Assembly: GCA_040772485.1 (NCBI GenBank)
Contig: JAXGYC010000009.1
Coordinates: 1 to 64,000 of the forward strand
DNA from: Sedimentisphaerales bacterium
GTDB lineage: Bacteria > Planctomycetota > Phycisphaerae > Sedimentisphaerales > Anaerobacaceae
Direction: 5' to 3'
Length of the DNA: 64,000 nucleotides
The notes beneath the pieces are model-generated. The model ran no database searches and had not been told where the DNA came from. It saw nothing but the letters and a program-made list of their open reading frames with translations. Positions 29,912-39,624 of this stretch are shown here, piece by piece. Positions within the stretch are counted from its first letter, which is position 1, and each line of letters begins with the position of its first letter. The position numbers were made by a program, and so were the translations under genes.

Positions 29912-31912
29912 CTACGGGGTCTGGCACATCAGCCGGATGACGGTCAGCGAGTACGGGCGGAAATCGTAGCGGAACGCAGCCGATCGCACCGGGACTCTCG
30001 AATCGACGGGGGCGACCTTCTTCGGTGTCTCGAACGAGTTCTCGCTGTTCAGATCATCGTCGGCGAGGACCGTCACGTTGGCGGAAAGCCCGACCGCTTT
30101 GGCGCCCCTGGCCTCGATGGTTGCCCTGACCGGTTCGGCCGTCGCGTTGACGACCTTGAGAATCATCTCGTTCGACGTCTCGTCGTAGACGGACGAGGCG
30201 TAGAAACGCGGCTTGCCGTTCGGCGCGGTCGCGGCGTCGGCCACCTCCACGGGCAGGACGCGGTCGCCTCGATGGACGCTGAAGAGCTTCTGCACGTAGT
30301 AGTTCGGCGTTCCGAAGACGCGGAGGTTGTCGAACCAGATCAGGTCGGGCCGCCACTGCCAGCCGTCCACGTGACAGAACAGCGGCGCGTAGCAGCTCAT
30401 CGTCACGAGGTCGGCGTTGCGTTCGAGGCCGGTCATGAAGGCGGCCTCGGCCAGGGCGCAGTGCCAGTTGTTGCGGTTGTCGGGGCTGGCGACGCCGATG
30501 CTCTGGGCCCCGTATTCGCCGACGAACAGTTCCGACTCGCCGCGCTCGTAGTTGTCATAGAAACCGGTGTTGTCGAGGAACCAGTCGGGCCGACGGTAGA
30601 AGTGCTCGTCGACGATCTCGGCCTTGAGCTTGCGGTACTGCGACCAGAGGTAGTCGATCTCCTGCGGGCCGTTGGGGAAGATCGTCGCATCGGACCCGGT
30701 CCCGGCGATCAACTGGATGTCCGGGTACCTGTCCTTGATCGCCTTGGCGAAGACCTTGTAGCGTTCGATGTACTGTGGCCCCCATTGCTCGTTGCCGACG
30801 CCCAGCAGCTTGAGGCCGAAGGGCCCGGGATGTCCCATCTCGGCGCGCTTTCGTCCCCATTCGCTGTTGGTGGGCCCGTTGGCGAACTCGATCAGATCGA
30901 GGGCGTCGTGCACGTATGGACCCAGCTCGTCCAGCGGCGCCAGCTCGCCCGTGTTGAACTGACAGGCCATGCCGCAATTGAGGATCGGCATAGGCGCAGC
31001 GCCGATATCCTCGCTGAGCAGGAAGTACTCGTAGAACCCCAGCCCGAAGCTCTGGTAGTAGTCGGGCGTCAGGCGGTGGTTGAACTCTGTGTTCCAGCGA
31101 TTGACGATGAGCTTGCGTTCGGCCGGGTCGCCGATGGTGGTCTTCCACTGGTACCGCACGTCGAGACTGCGGCCTTCCACGATGCACCCGCCCGGGAACC
31201 GCAGGAAGCCCGGCTTCAGATCGGCCAGCATCTGCACCAGATCGGCACGCAGGCCGTTGGCGCGGCCCTTCCACGTATCGACGGGAAACAGCGAAACCAT
31301 GTCGAGATCGAGCGTGCCCGACCCTTCGACGAACAGGTTCAGGCGGGCCTTTGCTTCAGTCGCCTGGGCGTGCAACACCACGGTGTACTTGTCCCATTGC
31401 GAGCCGAACCCCTCCAGCTTCGCCTCCGCCAGCTTGCGATTGCCGCCGCCGACCAGCTCGACCCGCAGCGTCATGGATGCACCGTCGGTCAGGCGGGCCA
31501 GGACGCTGAAGCGATAGTCCTTGCCCTCCCGAATGCCCATGCCGCGAAAGCCCTCGTTGGAGAGGCCGAAGCCCTGCCCGGTCTTGCCGACTCTCATGCG
31601 CAGGAAGTGGGCGTTGACCTGTTCCTGCGGATATCGCTCGATGTAGATGTAGCCCTCGGAGCCCTCTCGCAGGATGCGGCTCCAGCCCATGATCCCATCG
31701 GGAAACTCGAAGGATCGGTTCTTCACCAGTTCGGCGTACAGGCCGCCGTCGGCGCCGAAATTGATGTCCTCGAAGAAGATGCCCCACATGGTGGGCCGGA
31801 TCGCGGCTCCCGGCCGGTCGGTCTGCACGGTGATGCGCGTCTGCGCCTGCGAGGCCGCCACAAGTCCCCACGTCAGAGAACACAGAACGAGAATGGCCGA
31901 TACCCTCTTCAT
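29912..31912 (-). CDS. Alpha-L-arabinofuranosidase (GH51)
   Basis: GIFFEDINFGADGGLYAELVKNRSFE, RFPGGC, VGNEQWG, VGEYGA, YAPLF. Confidence 0.93.
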   Translation of the reverse strand: MKRVSAILVLCSLTWGLVAASQAQTRITVQTDRPGAAIRPTMWGIFFEDINFGADGGLYAELVKNRSFEFPDGIMGWSRILREGSEGYIYIERYPQEQVNAHFLRMRVGKTGQGFGLSNEGFRGMGIREGKDYRFSVLARLTDGASMTLRVELVGGGNRKLAEAKLEGFGSQWDKYTVVLHAQATEAKARLNLFVEGSGTLDLDMVSLFPVDTWKGRANGLRADLVQMLADLKPGFLRFPGGCIVEGRSLDVRYQWKTTIGDPAERKLIVNRWNTEFNHRLTPDYYQSFGLGFYEYFLLSEDIGAAPMPILNCGMACQFNTGELAPLDELGPYVHDALDLIEFANGPTNSEWGRKRAEMGHPGPFGLKLLGVGNEQWGPQYIERYKVFAKAIKDRYPDIQLIAGTGSDATIFPNGPQEIDYLWSQYRKLKAEIVDEHFYRRPDWFLDNTGFYDNYERGESELFVGEYGAQSIGVASPDNRNNWHCALAEAAFMTGLERNADLVTMSCYAPLFCHVDGWQWRPDLIWFDNLRVFGTPNYYVQKLFSVHRGDRVLPVEVADAATAPNGKPRFYASSVYDETSNEMILKVVNATAEPVRATIEARGAKAVGLSANVTVLADDDLNSENSFETPKKVAPVDSRVPVRSAAFRYDFRPYSLTVIRLMCQTP

Positions 31913-32028
31913 GTGGTCACCTCCTGAAAATGCATTGCGCCGTCTCCGGCCGTCGGTCGAACCGGCGTTGTCTGGATGTTGTTACCCGATGGCGCCTCTT
32001 CTGTCAATACGCGTCGGTGTCAGCCCGC

Positions 32029-33747
32029 TCAGCGGTAGCAGTAGAGGCGCACGCGCTGGATGCCGAAGTCGCCGGCCCCGATGCGCAGGTGTCTGCCCTG
32101 GTGGCTCTGATCGCCGTTCATCCAGCGGCCGCCGACCCAACGGCCGGCCACGAAGCGGCCTTCCTGGATGTTCCCGATCCCGGCGATGGGATCCGTGGGC
32201 GCATTCGGAGCAAAGGTGACGATGATGCCGCTGCCCGCGATGGTGTACTCGTCCGGTCCGGTCGAGATGAGGATGCCCCCGGCCTGAGGCCACCGCTCGG
32301 CGCCCTGGCCGCCTGACCAGCCCCAGGTGTAGTCGTGTGAGACCTTCAGCGTGTAGTCGCCGAGATCGATTTCTCGTGTCGGGTTGTCCTTGTCGAGCAG
32401 CACACCGGCCATACTGCCCCCGCCTTGCTTTGCGAGGATCAGGGGCGTCAGTTGGGCGAGCAGGTCGTAGCTCCTGGCCAGCGGCTCGTTCGCGGGATCC
32501 TCGGTCGACTCGATCGAGAACGGGCAGAAGCCCATCGCATCGTGCTGTCCCATTGCATAGAAGACGTTGACCGCGCCTTCCGAGCCGCGACCGGCCTCGG
32601 GAATGAACAGCGGATTGCCCGAGCGATGGTACTTGTCGCACCATTCGGCGAAATTCGGGAAGTAGATGTCCGGGCTGAGGAAGTCGATGGAGGGCGCCCC
32701 GGCGCGCCAGACGTCCATGAGGTGCGGCAGGGGACCGCCGCTGGGGTATTGGCCCGGCTTGTAGTTCGGCCGGATCAACGCCGCGTTGGCGAACATGGGC
32801 AGCGCGTATTCGGCCTTGCCCGCTTTGGCGATGTGCTCGACGTAGCGGGCGAAGTGCCAGGCCATGAAGATCTCCTCTGTCTCGAGACCCGGGCCGAAGA
32901 CCTCCTGCCATCCACCGGACGTCCTTGCTCCGGCGGCTTCCCACCGCTCCTTGAATTCCGGAATCAGCCTGTCCCGTCGCTGTTGCAGGTAGTCCATCAG
33001 CTCGCGCGGCGCCGGCTGGGCGAACTGCTGATCGGCGGCATCACTATGGTCTCGCGCATCGGGAATCATCCCAATCTCGTTCTCCACCTGCACCATGATC
33101 ACCGTGTGCCTTTGTCCGTCGACTTCGCGAAGGTGACGCATCAGGGCGGTGAAAGCTCGCGCATCGGCGTTGCGGCCCTCCTCGCTGAACGGTGAGAGGA
33201 TCTCCAGACCCTTGCCCTGCTTGTTCTGCGCGCGGGGGAAGCGCCGCTGGTCCATCTTGACCCAGAGCGGCGCGTAGCACGACATGCTGTTCTTCCAGCT
33301 CCCGAACCACAGCAGAACGAGCCGCAAATTGTGCGCGCGGGCGCCTTCGATCAGGCCATCCGCGAGCGTGAAGTCGAACGTACCCTCCTCCGCCTCGATC
33401 CGGTCCCAGTAGACCGGCGCCAGAACCGTGTTGAGGTTCATCTTGACCAGCTTGGGCCAGATCGGCTCCATGTACGCTAGGTCGGACGCGCTGGAATTGC
33501 CCAGCTCGCCTCCCAGGATCAGGAACGGCTTGCCGTCGACGACGAGTTGTGTCGCCGCTCCGCGCCGTTGCACGTGCGGGATGTCTGCACCCTCGGAGAC
33601 GACCGCGAATGCCCCCATCACGAGGCAGGCGATCCACTGGATGGTCCGATGTGATCTGGCGATCTGGAATAATGGAATGGTGGAAGGATGGAATGCCGTA
33701 AGAGCGTTCGCAGTGCGACCCATTCTTCCAGTATTCCAGGATTCCAT
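32029..33747 (-). CDS. GH35-like beta-galactosidase with DUF5597 domain (start uncertain)
   Basis: GGELGNSS, WFGSWKNSMSCYAP, MVQVENEIG, PGQYPSGGP, PLFIPE. Confidence 0.85.
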   Translation of the reverse strand: MESWNTGRMGRTANALTAFHPSTIPLFQIARSHRTIQWIACLVMGAFAVVSEGADIPHVQRRGAATQLVVDGKPFLILGGELGNSSASDLAYMEPIWPKLVKMNLNTVLAPVYWDRIEAEEGTFDFTLADGLIEGARAHNLRLVLLWFGSWKNSMSCYAPLWVKMDQRRFPRAQNKQGKGLEILSPFSEEGRNADARAFTALMRHLREVDGQRHTVIMVQVENEIGMIPDARDHSDAADQQFAQPAPRELMDYLQQRRDRLIPEFKERWEAAGARTSGGWQEVFGPGLETEEIFMAWHFARYVEHIAKAGKAEYALPMFANAALIRPNYKPGQYPSGGPLPHLMDVWRAGAPSIDFLSPDIYFPNFAEWCDKYHRSGNPLFIPEAGRGSEGAVNVFYAMGQHDAMGFCPFSIESTEDPANEPLARSYDLLAQLTPLILAKQGGGSMAGVLLDKDNPTREIDLGDYTLKVSHDYTWGWSGGQGAERWPQAGGILISTGPDEYTIAGSGIIVTFAPNAPTDPIAGIGNIQEGRFVAGRWVGGRWMNGDQSHQGRHLRIGAGDFGIQRVRLYCYR

Positions 33748-33754
33748 CGTTCCA
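33665..33754. repeat. Inverted octamer arrays (TGGAATnn / nnATTCCA) at the GH35 start
   Basis: TGGAATAA-TGGAATGG-TGGAAGGA-TGGAATG (33665-95) versus CATTCTTCCAGTATTCCAGGATTCCATCGTTCCA (33721-54). Confidence 0.75.
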
Positions 33755-33828
33755 ATCCCCTTGTCTTACACCACGTCGAAGCCGCTCTTGACGCCCATAG
33801 GATGCCCGATGAGCCCGGATTCTGCAAC

Positions 33829-33857
33829 GCTGGGGGCGAATAATTGTTTGTCCCAGC
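33829..33857 (+). repeat. Degenerate REP family A copy
   Basis: GCTGGGGGCGAATAATTGTTTGTCCCAGC. Confidence 0.55.
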
Positions 33858-33889
33858 GTTCGGGTGCCTCGGAGAAGATCAAAACGCGT

Positions 33890-34013
33890 GTGGCAGCCTC
33901 AAGGCGTAGCGCAGCGAAGCCTTGGGGATGGCGGACTCGGCTGGTGGCTGGGCGTCACGAGACTTCCCTCGCGTTCCACCATCCCCAAACGCTGGCGCGT
34001 TTGAGGCTGCCAC
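33890..34013. repeat. REPIN/MITE-like element with 13-bp terminal inverted repeat
   Basis: GTGGCAGCCTCAA / TTGAGGCTGCCAC; inner TTGGGGATGG / CCATCCCCAA. Confidence 0.75.
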
Positions 34014-34020
34014 CCGCCGG

Positions 34021-34086
34021 TTTCGGATTTGAGGGTTTGGGCTTTCGTGCTTGTTTCGGATTTCGGCATTCGGATTTCGGATTTGG
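34021..34086 (+). repeat. Degenerate heptamer tract (TTTCGGA)n
   Basis: TTTCGGATTT...TTTCGTGCTTGTTTCGGATTTCGGCATTCGGATTTCGGATTTGG. Confidence 0.75.
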
Positions 34087-34191
34087 CGCCATGGCCATCG
34101 GGATTCCGCTCCGCCGAAGGCGGATTGACCTATGGTTCTTGCTGTTTTCCATTCCCTTCGTGGCGCGGTCCGGTTACCCTGTGTGATCGGT

Positions 34192-34701
34192 ATGGACAAC
34201 CAGAACCGCAATATCGTGTTGATCGGCATGCCGGGCGTGGGCAAGAGCACCATCGGCGTGCTGCTGGCCAAGGCGCTCGGTTGTCACTTCCTCGACACCG
34301 ACGTCTTCATGCAGGCGATGCAGGGTCGCTCGTTGCAGGAGATGATCGACCGCGACGGCCTGGCCGCGTTCTGTCAGGCCGAGGAGGACTATGTCCTCTA
34401 CCTCGACGTGAAGAACACGGTGATCGCCACCGGCGGCAGCGTCGTCTACAGCGAGCACGCGATGCGGCACTTGGCCGAGCACGGCGTCATCGTACACCTT
34501 GACCTGCCCGTCGAACCGATCGAGGAGCGAATCCGCAACCTCCAGACCCGTGGCGTGGTCATGGAGAAAGGCCAGACGATCCGCTCGCTCTACGCCGAAC
34601 GGCAACCCCTCTACCGCCGATTTGCCCAGATCACCATCGACTGCACCGGCAAAAACCACGACCAGCTCGTCACCGAAATCCTCGACACCCTCCGTCCGTA
34701 G
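34192..34701 (+). CDS. aroK: Shikimate kinase
   Basis: GMPGVGKST, DTD, ATGGS, ERQPLY. Confidence 0.92.
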   Translation: MDNQNRNIVLIGMPGVGKSTIGVLLAKALGCHFLDTDVFMQAMQGRSLQEMIDRDGLAAFCQAEEDYVLYLDVKNTVIATGGSVVYSEHAMRHLAEHGVIVHLDLPVEPIEERIRNLQTRGVVMEKGQTIRSLYAERQPLYRRFAQITIDCTGKNHDQLVTEILDTLRP

Positions 34702-34802
34702 AATTCTTCTCGATCTCTGCCCAAGCCACCACTTTTCGCGCCTATTTTGCGCCTGGAGACCAGACAATAGAGTAGGAACAAGGTGGTGCGGGCCCGTTAG
34801 GA

Positions 34803-35342
34803 GTGCAGAAGATCGATTCGCAGGCGAAACTGGTTCAAGCCGCCCAAGGCGGAGACCTCGACAGCTTCGGCACGCTGTGCGAGGGCTACTACGCACCGCT
34901 TGTCGCGGTGGCATTCAGTGTCCTTGGCGACCATCAGCTTGCCGAGGACGCCACCCAGGAGGCCTTCGCCCGGGCGTTGACCAATCTCAGGAAACTGAAG
35001 GACTCCGAAAAGTTCGCGCCCTGGCTGGCGCAGATCTGCCGCAACGTGGCTGCGGATATGGCCCGCGCCCGTCGCCGCAGTGCGAGCGTGGAAGAAAGAG
35101 CCGAGCGAACGAATGACCGCCAGGACGAAGAGCCTGTTCGACAGATTCGCATCGCGATCGATCGCTTGCCCGCGTCGATGAAAGAGGTGCTGGTTCTGCG
35201 GTACTACAACCACTGTTCCTATGAACAGATGTCCGCCGTGTTGGGCTTGTCGAGAACGACCATCAACGGCCGCCTGACGCGAGCCAAACGGAAGCTGAGG
35301 AAGCACCTGCGACATCGAGGTGTGCAGGAGGATGCGTCATGA
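34803..35342 (+). CDS. ECF sigma factor
   Basis: AEDATQEAF, FAPWLAQICRN, region 4 HTH. Confidence 0.9.
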   Translation: MQKIDSQAKLVQAAQGGDLDSFGTLCEGYYAPLVAVAFSVLGDHQLAEDATQEAFARALTNLRKLKDSEKFAPWLAQICRNVAADMARARRRSASVEERAERTNDRQDEEPVRQIRIAIDRLPASMKEVLVLRYYNHCSYEQMSAVLGLSRTTINGRLTRAKRKLRKHLRHRGVQEDAS

Positions 35343-36889
35343 CACTCCAACCGAACGACAGGCGACTCGATGAGTTGATCCGCAGAGCGATCGGCAGGGA
35401 CAGTGTACCCTTCGATTTCCGACGGTGGCGGAAACGGCACCAGGCACAAGTGGAACGATTCAAGGCCCAAAAGGCCTCCGAAAAGGCTTCGTACCCCGCC
35501 GAGGCACGCATTCTGCAATCGGTTCTCAGACATCGGACTGCGAGACTCGCTATCGCGGCGCTGTTTCTTCTCGTGGCGGTCATCGCCGTGACTCATCTGG
35601 CGACTTCGTTCGATGCCGTCGCCCCTGTCTACGCAGTCACGGATGTGCCGGAGGTGCTCGCCAGGGCCGTCACCCTTCACGCCTCAGGCTGGTGCTATTT
35701 CCCCGGTCACACGATGCCGGATGGCAGTCCCATTCCTCCGGTGCCCATCGAGCTCTGGGCCGACCTTGTCAACGGACGCGACCGACAAAGCACCGCCAGT
35801 CTCACGAGTGGCAAGGAGTTTGTCGATATCCGTGTGGGCGAGGTGATCCGGGATTCGCAGTACTTGCTTCGCCTCGACCATACGGAGAAGACCGCCTCCT
35901 TCTATCGCTCAGCAAGACCGGACCAGGCAGAGCAACGGTCTGCGATTGCCGACCGCTGGGTGCGCCTGTTGTTGGGCGACTTTGCGGACTTCGCCAGTTC
36001 CGTCAAGATCGGCGAGGAGGAAGTGGATGGCCAGCGGTGTGAAGTCTGGGAGTGGGAGCGCATGCATCAGGTCTCAGGGTCGGGGCAGCGCACGCGGTTC
36101 TGGTTCTCTCCCGCAACCGGACAGATGAGGCGAGTCCAGTCCTGGATGAAATGGAACCACACGGACTGGAGACTTACCGAAGAGTATGCGCGAATCGAAC
36201 TCGATCTACCCATTCCCGAGGCGGTCTTCGCCATGGCGGTCCCCGCCGGGTACGAGGCCATGAGCACGAAGGAGACACCGGCATCTTCTGCCTCTCATGC
36301 TCCGAGCGCAGGGGGCTATGCGGATGACAAGTGCAATCTTTCGCACGGTGTCGCTCCGAGCTTCACCTTGCGTGATGGAAGTGTCATCTGGGGTTGGTGG
36401 AGCATCGATGAGATGTCGCAGGTGCCTCGGGAAGCTTGCTTCGCCGATCTGGAGTTCGGGGGACCTTTACCCAAGCTGCCCATTGAGTTCCATGCTCTTG
36501 TCCCTGGAGGCAGGTCCAGCCAGGTCATATACAGGGGCTACCACCTCGCTTACACCTGCAAATCCTACGTCGACAAAGGCCAGATACTGACCGAGTGGGC
36601 TCTCTATGTCCCGGATGGAACGCCTCCTGAGAGCGTCGAGGAGTTCGACTACGATGCGCGGTATGTGTTTAATCTCGACCATACGCCGCGACTGCAGATC
36701 GGCCTCCCGGTGCCTTACGGCAGACCTATAGAAACGGCCGAGGACTTCGATCGGTGGGTCCTGGCTGCCATCGCCGAGACCAGCGACGGTGATGGATTCC
36801 CCGAGCAATTGACATTTGACCGTGTCATTCAACTTGCCGAGCACGTCCGACAATCCCAGACCGCGCAGGATGTGCAAGGGCAACCCTGA
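35339..36889 (+). CDS. Putative anti-sigma factor, single TM helix, LolA-like extracytoplasmic domain
   Basis: ATGA overlap with the sigma gene; one TM helix; GEEEVDGQRCEVW and PIPEAVFAMAVPAGY LolA-like motifs. Confidence 0.75.
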   Translation: MTLQPNDRRLDELIRRAIGRDSVPFDFRRWRKRHQAQVERFKAQKASEKASYPAEARILQSVLRHRTARLAIAALFLLVAVIAVTHLATSFDAVAPVYAVTDVPEVLARAVTLHASGWCYFPGHTMPDGSPIPPVPIELWADLVNGRDRQSTASLTSGKEFVDIRVGEVIRDSQYLLRLDHTEKTASFYRSARPDQAEQRSAIADRWVRLLLGDFADFASSVKIGEEEVDGQRCEVWEWERMHQVSGSGQRTRFWFSPATGQMRRVQSWMKWNHTDWRLTEEYARIELDLPIPEAVFAMAVPAGYEAMSTKETPASSASHAPSAGGYADDKCNLSHGVAPSFTLRDGSVIWGWWSIDEMSQVPREACFADLEFGGPLPKLPIEFHALVPGGRSSQVIYRGYHLAYTCKSYVDKGQILTEWALYVPDGTPPESVEEFDYDARYVFNLDHTPRLQIGLPVPYGRPIETAEDFDRWVLAAIAETSDGDGFPEQLTFDRVIQLAEHVRQSQTAQDVQGQP

Positions 36890-37075
36890 GTGGTGCTCTG
36901 GGCTCCCGTGACCTTTGTCGCCATCCGTCTACCCGCCGTTACAGACCTTCCGATGACGGGTTTGATGGCCTTGCTCTGCGCGATCCATCCAAAAAAACGT
37001 CCGGCCAAAGCAAAGGCGGCCTTCCGGTTGTTATATTGGTGAGACGGGAATGGTCTCGACGAAAGGGTCCTTTCG

Positions 37076-37624
37076 GTGAAGTGGGAAGAGAGGTTGCTGG
37101 TCCGGCGGCTGAATCGGGGCGACGCGACGGCTCTGTCGGAGGTGTACGAACGGTGCCGGGACGATCTGCTGCGGCTGGCCGGGGCGATGCTGCATGACGG
37201 TCCGGCGGCCGAGGATATCGTGCAGGACGTCTTCGTCGCCTTCGCGGGCTCAGCCCGGACCTTTCGCCTGACCGGCAGTCTCAAGGGCTATCTGGCGACG
37301 TGCGTGGCCAACGCCGCCCGAAACCGCCTCAAGGCGGCGGTGCGGCGCAGAACCATGGACCTCGACGAGGCGGCGAATCTGACGTCGCCGGGCGAGCGGC
37401 CCGACCGCTGGATGGCGCTCACGGAGCAGTTCGAGCGAGTCAGCAACGCGATGGCGGACCTGCCCGCCGAGCAGCGAGAGGTCATCGCCCTGCACGTGTA
37501 CGGCGACATGGCCTTTCGCGAGATCGCCCAATGGCAGCAGACGTCGATCAAGACGGTGCAGAGCCGGTATCGCTACGGCCTGGACAAGCTCCGGTCGGCT
37601 TTGAATGACGAGGTGGCACGATGA
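37076..37624 (+). CDS. ECF sigma factor
   Basis: AEDIVQDVF, LKGYLATCVAN, LPAEQREVI, TVQSRYRYGLDKLR. Confidence 0.92.
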   Translation: MKWEERLLVRRLNRGDATALSEVYERCRDDLLRLAGAMLHDGPAAEDIVQDVFVAFAGSARTFRLTGSLKGYLATCVANAARNRLKAAVRRRTMDLDEAANLTSPGERPDRWMALTEQFERVSNAMADLPAEQREVIALHVYGDMAFREIAQWQQTSIKTVQSRYRYGLDKLRSALNDEVAR

Positions 37625-38424
37625 GACCCAACGAGGATATCGAAAAAGTGCTGAAAGAGGCGTCGATCGGCATCGACAACGCGACGGATCAGCGCGTTCG
37701 AGGCCGGATCCACGAGGCGTATCAGCATTCCACGCAGGCCGGAGGCTGGAGGCCGAAGACAGTGGCGCTTCACGCTTCACGCTTCACGCTTCCGGCGGCG
37801 GCGGTCATCCTCCTGGCGTTGGGCGTGCTCGTGGGACAGTTCGGCTCGATGCTCTCCGGCGGCAGCGTCGCCTGGGCCGAGGTCGCCCAGCGCTTTGAGT
37901 CCGTGTCCTTCTGCACCGTGACGATCTATGAGAAGAAGAGCGCGGCCGCCGAACCGACGCAGATGGAACTCTGGATCAGTCGGGATGGACGCGCGCGGGT
38001 CCGCCGGGGCAATCAGATCGTTTTCGGGCAGCGGGGGCAGGTCATTCAGGCGTTCGACGTCGAATCGCGTCAACCGGTCGAGCCGGACGATGGGGCCGTC
38101 TTCTTTCTCCAGAAACTCGGCGAGGCGGAGGTGTTCTCGCTGGAGACGGTGATCCGGGTCATGTTCGGACGCCAGATGCACGATGTCACGCCCCTGGTCA
38201 ATCCGGATGCCGTCATCTCCCAGGACGTGGTGGTCTTCGATCTCGATCTGCCCGATACGTCACAATGGGTCCGGATCTGGGCGCTGCGGGAGAGCCGGCT
38301 GCCCATACGCATCCGCGTCTGGGACCCGAGCGACGGCCAGGTGGCGGATGCTATTCTGGAGTACTCTACAGAGCAAACCGAGGAATTCTTCGACCCGAAT
38401 GTTTTCAGGGGCCTGGATCAATAG
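37621..38424 (+). CDS. Putative anti-sigma factor, single TM helix
   Basis: ATGA overlap; AAAVILLALGVLV TM helix followed by VAWAEV. Confidence 0.75.
   Translation: MRPNEDIEKVLKEASIGIDNATDQRVRGRIHEAYQHSTQAGGWRPKTVALHASRFTLPAAAVILLALGVLVGQFGSMLSGGSVAWAEVAQRFESVSFCTVTIYEKKSAAAEPTQMELWISRDGRARVRRGNQIVFGQRGQVIQAFDVESRQPVEPDDGAVFFLQKLGEAEVFSLETVIRVMFGRQMHDVTPLVNPDAVISQDVVVFDLDLPDTSQWVRIWALRESRLPIRIRVWDPSDGQVADAILEYSTEQTEEFFDPNVFRGLDQ
37766..37792 (+). repeat. Perfect heptamer tandem repeat (CGCTTCA)x3.9 in frame in the anti-sigma gene
   Basis: CGCTTCA CGCTTCA CGCTTCA CGCTTC. Confidence 0.85.
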
Positions 38425-38444
38425 GCGCGAGGGGTCAGGGGTTT

Positions 38445-38544
38445 GTAGTGTGCCCGTAAGGGCATACCTTGGATGGAATCGGTAACGCCTTATCCTGATG
38501 GTCATCGGGCTCACTACAAACCTATGCCCTTACGGGCACACTAC
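38445..38544. repeat. REPIN of REP family B (22-bp perfect inverted repeats)
   Basis: GTAGTGTGCCCGTAAGGGCATA (38445-66) / TATGCCCTTACGGGCACACTAC (38523-44). Confidence 0.85.
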
Positions 38545-38584
38545 GAGCGGCAATCAGGGGTGGCAGACAGAGAGGGAATCGATC

Positions 38585-39580
38585 ATGCGGCTTGGCAAGG
38601 CGACAGAGAAAATGACGCGGCGTGTGGTTTTTGGTGTGCTGGCGGCGGTGGTGTTTTGCGGAGGATCGACGGTTATGCACGGACAGGAGCGGACGTACGC
38701 GGAGCGGCTGGGATGGCCGGCGGGGACGAAAGCGGTGATTCTCCATGTGGATGACGCGGGCATGTCGCACGATTCCAACATGGGGGCTCAGAAGGCGATC
38801 GAGAGCGGCGTCGCCACGTCGCTGAGTGTCATGATGCCCTGTCCGTGGGTCCCGCAATGCGCCGCCTGGCTGAAGGACCATCCGCAGGTTGACGCGGGCG
38901 TGCATCTGACGCTGACCAGCGAGTGGAAGAACTACCGATGGGGGCCGGTCGCGGGCCGGTCGGCGGTGCCGGGTCTGGTGGATGGGCATGGCTACCTCTG
39001 GTCCGACGTCGCCGACGTCGTCGCCCACGCCGGCGCCGAGGAATTCGAGGCCGAAATTCGCGCCCAGCTTGACAAGGCCATGGCCATGGGTATTCAGCCG
39101 ACGCATCTCGACAGCCACATGGGGACGTGCTTCCAGCCGCAGTTCATCCAGCGCTATGTGGAACTCGGTCTGGCCAAGGGCATTCCGGTCCTGATGTTCG
39201 GCGGGCACATGCAGCACATCAGCGCCGAGGCTGGCCAGTTCAAGCCTCTGCTGCGGTCACTGGCCGAGGAACTATGGCGTGCCGGCCTGCCGGTGATCGA
39301 CGATCTGGTGACGCAGCCGACGAAGGGCCCGGAATACGACCAACGAAAGAGCGAATTGACCGCTCTGTTGCGCGACATGAAGCCGGGGATCACGCAGATC
39401 ATCGTGCACTGCACCGATCCGACGGAAGTCTTTTCCTATATCTCCGGCTCGGGCGCGGCCCGTCAGGCCGAGTTACGTCTGATGACCGATCCCGAAGTCA
39501 AGGCGTTCATCGAATCCGAGGGCATCGTCCTGACGAACTGGCGCGAGCTGAAAGAGCGCCGGCAGCGCATAGAACAGTAG
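38585..39580 (+). CDS. ChbG/YdjC-family carbohydrate deacetylase, exported
   Basis: [31 protein letters not shown]. Confidence 0.88.
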   Translation: MRLGKATEKMTRRVVFGVLAAVVFCGGSTVMHGQERTYAERLGWPAGTKAVILHVDDAGMSHDSNMGAQKAIESGVATSLSVMMPCPWVPQCAAWLKDHPQVDAGVHLTLTSEWKNYRWGPVAGRSAVPGLVDGHGYLWSDVADVVAHAGAEEFEAEIRAQLDKAMAMGIQPTHLDSHMGTCFQPQFIQRYVELGLAKGIPVLMFGGHMQHISAEAGQFKPLLRSLAEELWRAGLPVIDDLVTQPTKGPEYDQRKSELTALLRDMKPGITQIIVHCTDPTEVFSYISGSGAARQAELRLMTDPEVKAFIESEGIVLTNWRELKERRQRIEQ

Positions 39581-39624
39581 AATCATCACCGAATAACAAA
39601 CACTCATGCAAGAGAGGGCACGGA

